Origin: a virus | DNA length: 64,000 nucleotides | Virus record (IMG/VR): IMGVR_UViG_3300030116_002312 | Span: 2,260-66,259 of that record | Direction: 5' to 3' (one strand) | Part shown: in pieces, positions 48,333-56,394 of the stretch | Numbering within the stretch: position 1 is the stretch's first letter | Layout of the letters: each line of letters starts with the position of its first letter | Position numbers and translations under genes: made by a program | The notes under the pieces: model-generated | What the model was told of the DNA's origin: nothing | Databases searched by the model: none | Seen by the model: only the letters and a program-made list of their open reading frames with translations

Positions 48333-48364
48333 CTAATATAGTAAATATTTTTCACTTCTCCAAA
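48333..48364 (-). promoter_or_regulatory. Early promoter
   Basis: TTTG-N20-TATATTAG on minus strand. Confidence 0.65.
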
Positions 48365-48507
48365 CGAATACCTAGTTCTGTTGCTCTTTCGATCAAATAC
48401 TCTGTATCGTAATCAATTTCCCCTCTATAATAAGCTAGTGCTAGTTTATCATCTTCGTTTGGTAGTATGTGTTCTTCTACAAATTGTTCTATTTCCATTG
48501 TTTTCAT
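48352..48507 (-). CDS. Small early protein (51 aa, not in track)
   Basis: MKTMEIEQF...GIRLEK*. Confidence 0.6.
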   Translation of the reverse strand: MKTMEIEQFVEEHILPNEDDKLALAYYRGEIDYDTEYLIERATELGIRLEK

Positions 48508-48511
48508 AATT

Positions 48512-48730
48512 TTATTTATTTAAGTTCATGTTTATAAATCTTATTTCGTCTGTTGATGTATTTATTTCCTCATTTGAAAAAGCTTTCTCAAAACCCTTTA
48601 AAGAATAAACTCGTCCTTGTTTCTCTGCCTCATATATAAATTCATCATCACTTAATTCATTTATCCATTCAATATCTACAACCCTATCATCATTTGTATT
48701 AATTACATATACTCTTGTTTCTTTTTCCAT
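48512..48730 (-). CDS. Small early protein
   Basis: EAEKQGRVYSLKGFEKAF motif. Confidence 0.75.
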   Translation of the reverse strand: MEKETRVYVINTNDDRVVDIEWINELSDDEFIYEAEKQGRVYSLKGFEKAFSNEEINTSTDEIRFINMNLNK

Positions 48731-48738
48731 AATTTTAT

Positions 48739-48939
48739 TTATTTAATTTGTTTAACATCATTAATTATAACTTCCTCTAAATCATCAAAGCAAACTTGCT
48801 CATCTCTTATTAGTACATCATCTAAAGGCATTTTAATATATGTATCTATACTATATCCTATATCATTATGTTTAATTACTAACTTTACATTTTTAATAGT
48901 TATTTCTATACTATCTTCTAATTTTAATTCTTTTTCCAT
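48739..48939 (-). CDS. Small early protein
   Basis: ORF track. Confidence 0.65.
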   Translation of the reverse strand: MEKELKLEDSIEITIKNVKLVIKHNDIGYSIDTYIKMPLDDVLIRDEQVCFDDLEEVIINDVKQIK

Positions 48940-48943
48940 AATT

Positions 48944-49141
48944 TTATTCTTTAATTTTTAATACTATACTTTCTAACTTATTATTTGTTTCTTCATCATA
49001 CAAATCTTCTTCTACTATTGATACCTCATAAACATCAGAATCATTAGAGTATCTATAATTTACTTGTATGTTAGATAAATCATTATCCTTTCTTAATTCT
49101 GTTAAGTAATCAAATAATTGTTTTGCGTTTAATTTTTCCAT
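48944..49141 (-). CDS. Small early protein
   Basis: ORF track. Confidence 0.65.
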   Translation of the reverse strand: MEKLNAKQLFDYLTELRKDNDLSNIQVNYRYSNDSDVYEVSIVEEDLYDEETNNKLESIVLKIKE

Positions 49142-49315
49142 TGTTTAAATTTTTTTTATTAATACTATTGACTTTGTCATTTTTTTGTTGTAACTTTTTC
49201 CACTTTGAGTCAAAGAAGTAAGAATCTTATTATAAAAATATAACTCTCTATACTACTACTCCTACTTCTTCTCCTCTTCTACAAACTACAAACTAATTTC
49301 TTGTATTAGGGTTAG

Positions 49316-49567
49316 CTATATCCTTTCTTGTATTAATGTACCTGTTTTAATTGCCTGTAATATATTAGTATATTTAGATAATTCTTTTTCAGTATAATCA
49401 AAATATTCTCCATTAATCGCACTGAATACATGAAAAATATTTTCTTCTTCATTGTACATTATTTCTTTACTACTTTTTGCTAATCCATTTGCTAATGATA
49501 TATAAAAATCCTTGTACTCATTTAAACATATTGATTTTAATTCTTCTAAACTTTTTACTACTTTCAT
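49316..49567 (-). CDS. Small early protein
   Basis: ORF track. Confidence 0.7.
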   Translation of the reverse strand: MKVVKSLEELKSICLNEYKDFYISLANGLAKSSKEIMYNEEENIFHVFSAINGEYFDYTEKELSKYTNILQAIKTGTLIQERI

Positions 49568-49578
49568 GATTTTAAATT

Positions 49579-50034
49579 TTATTGGTTATTATTATTTATT
49601 CTATCTTCTCTTAACTTAAGTTCATCAATCGCTTGACTTCTGTCTTCATAACTTCTTTCTCTATCCATTACTATCTGTTCTAAAACAGAGGTCTTGTATC
49701 GTATGTATGGTCTGTCTGGCGATAGTGAATTGCTTTCATGATCATGAGAATCATTTTTTGGTAGTTCTATATTATTTATTATATAGTCCTTAAGTTCTTC
49801 GTAATCATGACCATGTCTTAAACACCATTCAGATAATTCCACATTACTACCTTCACCTATTGAACGTAATCCATAACTATCAGTTTCTACTATATGCATT
49901 TCTCCCTCATAATCATCTAAATTAATATGTCCATATACATTAAATGTTTGTCCATTTATTATAACATCTATATCAATAGATAAGTTGTATACTTCGATGA
50001 ATTGTTCTGTTATTTGTATTTCCATTGTTTTCAT
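49579..50034 (-). CDS. Early protein
   Basis: ORF track; AAAACTAAAAACT upstream of ATG. Confidence 0.7.
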   Translation of the reverse strand: MKTMEIQITEQFIEVYNLSIDIDVIINGQTFNVYGHINLDDYEGEMHIVETDSYGLRSIGEGSNVELSEWCLRHGHDYEELKDYIINNIELPKNDSHDHESNSLSPDRPYIRYKTSVLEQIVMDRERSYEDRSQAIDELKLREDRINNNNQ

Positions 50035-50049
50035 AGTTTTTAGTTTTAT

Positions 50050-50071
50050 GAGGGGTGTATTTCAACCCCTC
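50050..50071 (-). other. Intergenic hairpin GAGGGGU-UGAAAUAC-ACCCCUC
   Basis: 7-bp perfect stem just upstream of ATG 50034, no U-tract. Confidence 0.6.
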
Positions 50072-50081
50072 TAGTTAATAT

Positions 50082-50540
50082 TTATTTTGCGAAAGGATTA
50101 GGTAAATTAGGTTCTTCATTTATATATCTAGTTTCCATAGAGTCCTTTCGTGCAACACTTGGTCTATCAACATTTGATATTACATTTTTTCTAGTTAGTT
50201 GGTATAATAAATCTTGTAACATCTCTTTGATTAACTTGAATCTTTTTTTCTCATCTTTAGACCAAGCGTGGCATGAATAATCTTCATAGTATTGCTGTTC
50301 ATTCTCCAACATTTCTTTGAACTCATTACTGTATGATTTGACTGAAGAAGATTCTTCACCTAAGTTTATCCATACATAAAATTTAGAGTTTCTTTCGAAA
50401 GCTTTTTTGAATATTTTAATCATTTCCAAAGATTTTCTGGCATCATGGTAACTACATTCAGATGCATTTTGTTGATATCTTTCTTCTTCATTAATCATGT
50501 CAGAAAATACGCTGTTGAATTTTTTGTTTATTGTTATCAT
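50082..50540 (-). CDS. Early protein with internal duplication
   Basis: FSDMINEEERY...SY and FKEMLENEQQY...SC repeat. Confidence 0.7.
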   Translation of the reverse strand: MITINKKFNSVFSDMINEEERYQQNASECSYHDARKSLEMIKIFKKAFERNSKFYVWINLGEESSSVKSYSNEFKEMLENEQQYYEDYSCHAWSKDEKKRFKLIKEMLQDLLYQLTRKNVISNVDRPSVARKDSMETRYINEEPNLPNPFAK

Positions 50541-50562
50541 AGTTTTATAGTTTTTAGTTATT

Positions 50563-50594
50563 TAAAGTTAATATTAGTTTTTGATAATTCCAAA
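50563..50594 (-). promoter_or_regulatory. Early promoter
   Basis: TTTG-N20-TAACTTTA on minus strand. Confidence 0.65.
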
Positions 50595-50618
50595 TAAAAT
50601 GAAATTTATTTTCAGTTA

Positions 50619-51122
50619 CTACCTGCATGGAGTAAAGTTTCTATCATCATATCTGCCCTCTTTTACACACTTAATATTTTCTAGTGTTCGGTAGATATTG
50701 TTCAGAATTTTATTTACCAATTTAGGTGTAGCATCTAAACAAGAGGTGTCCCAATCACTTCTTAATACTTTGATAAACCCTCTTCGTTCCATTGAATTTT
50801 GCATACTTTCTGAGCCCCATTTCCATTTACCTTTTTCGTAGTATATTCCAATGCCCGAGCTAGAGTTTACTTTTTTCACACCCTTTGAAATACACTCTCT
50901 AAAATATTGGTGATTATGGTAGTAAAACATATACATAAAATGATTTATTTCATCATTGTTTGATAGTTTTATTTCTCTAATTGTTCCATCTGAACATAAC
51001 AGTGGAGAAGTTTTTGCTAATTCTTTAGCTTTTGTTTCTCTTCTATTTTTGAGCTCTCGTGATCCTGAGAGGACTAAATTGTTAAGTTCGTTGTCTGTTA
51101 AATTTTCAAAATTTGTTTTCAT
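50619..51122 (-). CDS. Early protein
   Basis: ORF track; TAAAACTATAAAACT upstream. Confidence 0.7.
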   Translation of the reverse strand: MKTNFENLTDNELNNLVLSGSRELKNRRETKAKELAKTSPLLCSDGTIREIKLSNNDEINHFMYMFYYHNHQYFRECISKGVKKVNSSSGIGIYYEKGKWKWGSESMQNSMERRGFIKVLRSDWDTSCLDATPKLVNKILNNIYRTLENIKCVKEGRYDDRNFTPCR

Positions 51123-51134
51123 AGTTTTATAGTT

Positions 51135-51317
51135 TTATTTATTTAATAATTTTTTTGCTTTTGTTAACGCTTTATAATAATGCACTGCACTTTTATAATG
51201 ATGTGTAGTACATGAATGAAATTTTAAATTTCCAACACTATTATAATTTAAAGTATTATCTTTTTTTCTATTTATATAAAATACTTTATTTCCTATTTTT
51301 GTTTCGTGTATTGTCAT
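51135..51317 (-). CDS. Small basic early protein
   Basis: ORF track. Confidence 0.6.
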   Translation of the reverse strand: MTIHETKIGNKVFYINRKKDNTLNYNSVGNLKFHSCTTHHYKSAVHYYKALTKAKKLLNK

Positions 51318-51341
51318 TTCGTTTAGTTTTATAGTTAGTAA

Positions 51342-51734
51342 TTATTTAGACATTAGAGCAAAGCTATAGTCTATTTCTGTTTTCATGTCTGCGAAATTCT
51401 CTCTAGCTTTTTCAGTTGCATGAAGTGAAGCTAGTAGTTCACTGTTTAAGTTACAGGTAAATTGATAACCCGAGTTGTTGGCTATTTCCATAGATTCAGT
51501 TAAACTGGCGTCATTTTCCATAAGGTATTTTATTGCTTTATGGTAATAAATTATATCTACCCAAAATAGATTTTTTTCATCTAAATAGTCATATAAATCA
51601 TCATAGCTTTTTAAACCCTCTAAATCAGATTCATTAATGTATATATTAATTTGTGCTAGGTTTCTAATTATGTTATGTGCCTCTATTTCTTTTTTTGTTC
51701 TAAAGTCATCAAATCTTTCGTTATATGGTTTCAT
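51342..51734 (-). CDS. Early protein, acidic helical
   Basis: DIIYYHKAIKYL...LNSELLASL motif. Confidence 0.75.
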   Translation of the reverse strand: MKPYNERFDDFRTKKEIEAHNIIRNLAQINIYINESDLEGLKSYDDLYDYLDEKNLFWVDIIYYHKAIKYLMENDASLTESMEIANNSGYQFTCNLNSELLASLHATEKARENFADMKTEIDYSFALMSK

Positions 51735-51746
51735 AGTTTTATAGTT

Positions 51747-51917
51747 TTATCTTGTTTTTAATTCTGTTTTTAATTGCTCTTTCATTTCAATTAATTGCTC
51801 TCTTTTTAAATTCCACTTGTTTACAATAGGAATTGTAATCATTTCATTAACTGATTTTAGAATTTGATTTAATTCTTGTACTGTGTACTTACTTAATTCG
51901 TGTTTATATTCTCTCAT
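51747..51917 (-). CDS. Small early protein (56 aa, not in track)
   Basis: MREYKHELSK...ELKTR*; shared start motif. Confidence 0.65.
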   Translation of the reverse strand: MREYKHELSKYTVQELNQILKSVNEMITIPIVNKWNLKREQLIEMKEQLKTELKTR

Positions 51918-51941
51918 AATTTTATAGTTTTATAGTTAATA

Positions 51942-52139
51942 TTATTGATTTGATTTCTTTTTGAATTTTAATATTTCCCTTAATATTTCCAATCTACCTA
52001 AATCGTAAGCCCTTAACATATCGTAATCATTATCAGTGTCTTTAGATAATTGTTTTTCACCTCCATCATATTCGCTTACAAAGTGTTCAACATCTGTTAT
52101 TAAGTCAGTAAGATACTCTTCTAATGTTTTGTAGTTCAT
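51942..52139 (-). CDS. Second early gene, downstream of the ribozyme cut
   Basis: ORF track; TAAAACTATAAAACT upstream of ATG. Confidence 0.7.
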   Translation of the reverse strand: MNYKTLEEYLTDLITDVEHFVSEYDGGEKQLSKDTDNDYDMLRAYDLGRLEILREILKFKKKSNQ

Positions 52140-52160
52140 AGTTTTATAGTTTTAAAGTTT

Positions 52161-52216
52161 GTAATAGACAGGAGGAACTCCTCCTGTTTCGGTCAATCAG
52201 ACCTCATCAGTATTAC
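52161..52216 (-). ncRNA. Type I hammerhead ribozyme
   Basis: GUAAUA CUGAUGA GGUC-UGAUU-GACC GAAA CAGGAGG-AGUU-CCUCCUG UC^UAUUAC: full core and three perfect stems; predicted cut between 52167 and 52166. Confidence 0.95.
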
Positions 52217-52452
52217 TTTCTTAGGTCTGTTATTCTGTTATATATAAACCAATAAGCCTCTTGTATACCATCTTTATCTAATTTGATTGCACACCTCTCA
52301 CCAACTGCTTCTTTGCTCCAACCTGCAAGGTAAAATGTTATTTCTAGTTTATTGATATGACCACTGAAGTTAATGAACCAAGTATTATTAGTTTCATTGT
52401 TTTCCCCTAATGCTAGGCTTATAAGGTTTAGTAAATCTGCTCTGTTTTTCAT
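52213..52452 (-). CDS. First early gene (79 aa)
   Basis: ATG 52452 (MKNRAD...) lies downstream of the promoter; stop TAA is inside hammerhead stem I. Confidence 0.75.
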   Translation of the reverse strand: MKNRADLLNLISLALGENNETNNTWFINFSGHINKLEITFYLAGWSKEAVGERCAIKLDKDGIQEAYWFIYNRITDLRK

Positions 52453-52479
52453 AATTTTTAGTTTTAAAGTTTGTATGTC

Positions 52480-52512
52480 CAAAGATAAAAACAAAAAAAT
52501 TTAATATCCAAA
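52480..52512 (-). promoter_or_regulatory. Major early promoter
   Basis: TTTG-N21-TATCTTTG, full Bacteroidota consensus. Confidence 0.85.
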
Positions 52513-53075
52513 CGAAAATGTAAAAAACTTTCAATCTCTCGAGGAAAATAATTTAAAAATAATTTGTGAACAGAGGTGTCAATCTGTTTAACAGATAATG
52601 AATTTAATTAGTGGGGGGATTGACTCACTTTCTATGTTGTTTCTTCTTGAGGGAAAATCCATCTAATGAACTTTCTCACACTACCGAATGGCATTATATC
52701 AAAAAGATATTTAATGTCTTAAATCGCTTTATTTGTTGTCATGTAATTCATTTGACAATTCCAAATAAATAGTTAATTATTTTTATCAACATGTTATAAA
52801 CATTATAGTTGTTAATAAAAAAATATGTATGATTGTTTGGATATGTGGGGAATGTGTATATATTAAAATATATTATATAATAATATTCGGTACTACCAAA
52901 TATTATACACAAAAGTTTTGAAGAAATTGATGTTCAAAAATCAAGGTCTAAAATTTCAGACCAACAGATAGTTATGTTTTTTGGTTTCGGCAAATTAGTT
53001 TCGGTTACCCCCACCCCCCTAAAAAATTTCGTTTTGTTGTGGTCTGCGACTGCCCTACTATATATAGTTATCCCA
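52513..53075. other. Large divergent non-coding region, probable genome terminus/packaging or origin region
   Basis: Longest ORF-free stretch; palindromes and G/C tracts; flanked by outward-facing promoters. Confidence 0.5.
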
Positions 53076-53079
53076 TACC

Positions 53080-53110
53080 TTTGCATATCTCACTTTTTTT
53101 TATAACTTTG
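53080..53110 (+). promoter_or_regulatory. Bacteroidota promoter
   Basis: TTTG-N19-TAACTTTG, 3 nt before ATG 53114. Confidence 0.75.
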
Positions 53111-53113
53111 CAT

Positions 53114-53374
53114 ATGGCTAAACGAGACTACAAACAGGAGTACAAGGACTTTCAGAAAGATAAGATCAGCTACAGGGTTGAATTAAAGAAGAAGGATAAG
53201 GCTCTAGGGGGTAAGGTTGGTGATGGTAAAGACGTGTCACATAAGAAAGGTGGAAAGGTTGTTTTAGAAAGATCTTCTAAGAATAAAAGCCGCAGGGAAA
53301 AGTCCAGAAAGAAAGGTAGTAAAAGAAAGCCATTTGCGTTTTGGAAAAAGAAATCTAAAAGAAAAAAGAAATAA
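53114..53374 (+). CDS. Basic minimal HNH-like protein
   Basis: MAKRDYKQEY...GDGKDVSH...NKSR. Confidence 0.6.
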   Translation: MAKRDYKQEYKDFQKDKISYRVELKKKDKALGGKVGDGKDVSHKKGGKVVLERSSKNKSRREKSRKKGSKRKPFAFWKKKSKRKKK

Positions 53375-53661
53375 TGGCAGCAACTATAAGAAGAACAACT
53401 AAAGGGAAAGGGGCAAACTACAGGCCGACCAAGTCTGGGGCTGGTATGACTAAGAAGGGTGTGGCTGCTTACAGAAGGGCTAACCCAGGATCTAAGTTAA
53501 AGACTGCTGTTACTGGTAAGGTAAAAAAGGGTAGTAAGTCTGCTAAAAGAAGAAAGTCTTATTGTGCTAGAAGCAAGGGGCAAATGAAAATGCATAATGT
53601 TAATTGTAAAAAGACTCCAAACAAAAGAATATGTCAGGCTAGAAGGCGTTGGAAATGCTAA
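53374..53661 (+). CDS. Highly basic conserved phage protein (DUF6321-like)
   Basis: YRRANPGSKLKTAVTG...RRKSYCARS. Confidence 0.7.
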   Translation: MAATIRRTTKGKGANYRPTKSGAGMTKKGVAAYRRANPGSKLKTAVTGKVKKGSKSAKRRKSYCARSKGQMKMHNVNCKKTPNKRICQARRRWKC

Positions 53662-53679
53662 CTAATAAAAGATCTAAAG

Positions 53680-53859
53680 ATGGGTGTTCGAGTAAATAAA
53701 TATAAAAAGGGCGGTAAAACAAAAAAACCTAGAAGGGACGCTTGTTATCACAAGGTGGTTGCTAGATATGGCCCTAAGACCTCTGCTTATAGGAGTGGAG
53801 CCATGGCTAAGTGTAGAAAGGTTGGAGCTGCTAACTGGGGTAATAAATCTAAAAAATAA
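53680..53859 (+). CDS. Basic conserved phage protein (59 aa, not in track)
   Basis: DACYHKVVARY...SAYRSGAMAKCRKVGAANWG; TAATG overlap with next gene. Confidence 0.8.
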   Translation: MGVRVNKYKKGGKTKKPRRDACYHKVVARYGPKTSAYRSGAMAKCRKVGAANWGNKSKK

Positions 53860-54152
53860 TGGCTGTACGTAAAACAAAAGCTGGATTAAGACTTAAGCGT
53901 TGGTTTAAAGAAGATTGGCGTACACCAAAGGGCAAGAAGGATTATAGTGGCGGTGAGAATACTTTTAGACCTACTAAAAGGATTTCTAAAGACACCCCTA
54001 CCACGTGGAGTGAATTAAGCCCGTCTGAAAAACGAAGAGCACAGAAGGAGAAGAATGAGAAGGGAAGAGTTAGTAAATACAAAAAAACTAAAGTAAACAA
54101 AAAATCAAAAAGAAAAAAACGTAAAACTAGAGTAAAAAAGAAAAAGAAATAA
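53859..54152 (+). CDS. Highly basic conserved phage protein (DUF5872-like)
   Basis: LKRWFKEDW...RPTKRISKDTPTT. Confidence 0.7.
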   Translation: MAVRKTKAGLRLKRWFKEDWRTPKGKKDYSGGENTFRPTKRISKDTPTTWSELSPSEKRRAQKEKNEKGRVSKYKKTKVNKKSKRKKRKTRVKKKKK

Positions 54153-54153
54153 A

Positions 54154-54351
54154 ATGGCAAAACTAAATAAAAAATCAAGCAAGATGTCTTTTATAGATAA
54201 TTCTGATCTGTCAGAAAGACAAAAGACTACCATGAAAAAACACGCTGAACACCATACCATAAAACATATGAAGTTAATGGTTAAGTTAATGGGGGAAGGA
54301 AAGTCTTTCACAGAGGCTCACAAGATCGCTATGGATAAGGTGGGTAAATAA
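54154..54351 (+). CDS. His-rich small conserved protein
   Basis: MKKHAEHHTIKHM...FTEAHKIAM. Confidence 0.7.
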   Translation: MAKLNKKSSKMSFIDNSDLSERQKTTMKKHAEHHTIKHMKLMVKLMGEGKSFTEAHKIAMDKVGK

Positions 54352-54755
54352 TGTGTACTAAAAAGAAGAAGACCAAACAGCTAGGCATGAATCCTAGCAC
54401 TGCGGCTAACAGACTAAAAAAATCAATACTATTTTCACTTGCTAAACGATTAGATCTAAACTGGTGTTACCAGTGTGGGTGTGAAATAACGGATGTACAA
54501 AAGTTTACTGTGGAGCATAAGAAACCTTGGTTGGATTCTGAAGATCCTAAACGTCTGTTTTTTGACATAGAAAACATCGCATTCTCTCACGCTAGTTGTA
54601 ATTATAAAGCATCTAGGGGTAGAGTAGGTAAGCCATGTCCTTCTGTGACAGCCTATAGAAACGGATGTAGATGTGAAGGTTGTTTAGAAGCTAAACGTGA
54701 ATATAGAAGAAATAAGAAAAAGTTTAATGACAACCGCAGTCCTCATCGTCCTTAA
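54351..54755 (+). CDS. HNH endonuclease with extra Zn motif
   Basis: CYQC...VEHKKP...NIAFSHASCN; YRNGCRCEGC. Confidence 0.8.
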   Translation: MCTKKKKTKQLGMNPSTAANRLKKSILFSLAKRLDLNWCYQCGCEITDVQKFTVEHKKPWLDSEDPKRLFFDIENIAFSHASCNYKASRGRVGKPCPSVTAYRNGCRCEGCLEAKREYRRNKKKFNDNRSPHRP

Positions 54756-55173
54756 TCTCTTCTGTAGAGATCTCAACTACTTTTAGAATATGATCTGGCA
54801 TAAAGTCAAATAAAGAAACAATGGTTTCATCCTCTACTTCTAAAGCAAAAGCACCTAAGTGATAAAAAGCTGCGTTACCCATATCTATCATCTTTCTTGT
54901 AGTAGCCATATCGGTACCACCTTGTTGTAAAGCCATGACCTCTATTCCTAAATAATCATCAACTAACATAGCTATTTGTGCTAGCATCTCAGCCTCATCA
55001 CCTCTAAAACCTCTGTTTACAAGTTCTGAAAAAGCAGCAGTAGCCCCAGGGCATATATGAAAGTTTTGAGTTTTATAACCCATGACATCCATCTCACCAC
55101 CCTTACCATCTCTTTGCATGTCCATAGAGTGATCGCTAACGCCCTCTATTATTATAACCATTGACTCGTTCAT
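54724..55173 (-). CDS. Acidic hypothetical protein
   Basis: GYKTQNFHICPGA motif. Confidence 0.7.
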   Translation of the reverse strand: MNESMVIIIEGVSDHSMDMQRDGKGGEMDVMGYKTQNFHICPGATAAFSELVNRGFRGDEAEMLAQIAMLVDDYLGIEVMALQQGGTDMATTRKMIDMGNAAFYHLGAFALEVEDETIVSLFDFMPDHILKVVEISTEEIKDDEDCGCH

Positions 55174-55176
55174 ATC

Positions 55177-56394
55177 TTATTTATATTTATTGGTCTTGCC
55201 TCCCATTAAGTATTGCATAAAAGGCTTCATCATTCCACCACCCATATACTTCATTTTACCTCCATACTCATACTTTTTAGCCATTTCAGGATCCATTTGC
55301 ATTTGAACTTTTTCTGGTAACATAGAAAAACCTTTCATTTTATTAGGAACAGTCCCCCCATCTTCCATGTATTTAGTCATTTCATCAGCAGGATCAAACT
55401 CAGGCATATCCATATCGTTACCTCTATTCTTCTTCTTTTTATTTTTCCTTTTAAATTTCTTAAAGAAGTCTTTTATCTTTTGCTTACCTCTACCCTTTTC
55501 TTTCTTTTCATCTTCAGGTGTAAGAACGATTTCTGGCATGTCACCTTCTATTGGATCAGGACCCCCTTGATCAGCAGACTCAGAACCCTCTGAACCCATA
55601 ATCATTTCTTCAGGGCCAAATGGATCTACTGGAGTCATAAACATAGGAGTGCTTGAACCTGTTTCAACTTCTTCTTTTTTATCTTTTTTAGATGACCCCC
55701 CAAATGGATCACTAGAGCTTTTTTTAGTTTCAACAACTTCAGTTTCATCTTCTTCATCTTCATCAACTACTTCAAACTCTTTAAGCTTCTTTTCTTCAGG
55801 TGTAGAGCTGGGCATTATGTAGTTAATAAAAGCTTGTACCCCAGGATCATTCATTAGCTTTTCCTCCAACATCTCTTTATCCTTTTTCATAAGCTCTTCC
55901 TCAGATGGGATTAAATCACCTGGGCCCACCATAGTAGATTTAGAATCTTTTGGTGCAGAAACGTTAGAATCAATTTTAGGTGCTAATAAACTTACTAACT
56001 TATCAGCGTTTTCTTTACCGTAAGCGTTTTCAAATAATTTAATATCACGATCAAACCTTCTATTATTTTCTAAATCCTTACCCCCAAACTCATCTATCAT
56101 AGCTTGAGCTGATCTCTGTAAAAACTTAGTTTTTTTAGGATTACCTTCAACATTAAATTCCATTCTAGTTTCAACACTTCTTTCTCTAAGTCTATTGTCA
56201 ACCTCATCAACAGGTAGCCCTACACTAGCAGCAGCCTCTTTTTTTTCCTTTTCAGACATTTTTTGCCAGTCATATAAAAGGATACTTTCAACAGACCTTT
56301 TTCTTTTTTCTCTACCTTTATCTGTAGGATCAGTGCTGTCCTGTATTAATTGTGCTATATTTTCTAAATCTTCTGGGTTTATATTAATTGCCAT
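55177..56394 (-). CDS. Low-complexity putative internal virion protein
   Basis: C-terminal MEDGG/YEYGG/YMGGG/YLMGG repeats. Confidence 0.65.
   Translation of the reverse strand: MAININPEDLENIAQLIQDSTDPTDKGREKRKRSVESILLYDWQKMSEKEKKEAAASVGLPVDEVDNRLRERSVETRMEFNVEGNPKKTKFLQRSAQAMIDEFGGKDLENNRRFDRDIKLFENAYGKENADKLVSLLAPKIDSNVSAPKDSKSTMVGPGDLIPSEEELMKKDKEMLEEKLMNDPGVQAFINYIMPSSTPEEKKLKEFEVVDEDEEDETEVVETKKSSSDPFGGSSKKDKKEEVETGSSTPMFMTPVDPFGPEEMIMGSEGSESADQGGPDPIEGDMPEIVLTPEDEKKEKGRGKQKIKDFFKKFKRKNKKKKNRGNDMDMPEFDPADEMTKYMEDGGTVPNKMKGFSMLPEKVQMQMDPEMAKKYEYGGKMKYMGGGMMKPFMQYLMGGKTNKYK

Noticed and set aside
46990-52470. CRISPR array or integron attC array
   Set aside because: Repeats are short, A-rich and non-palindromic, include start codons and are separated by whole ORFs; no cas or integrase genes
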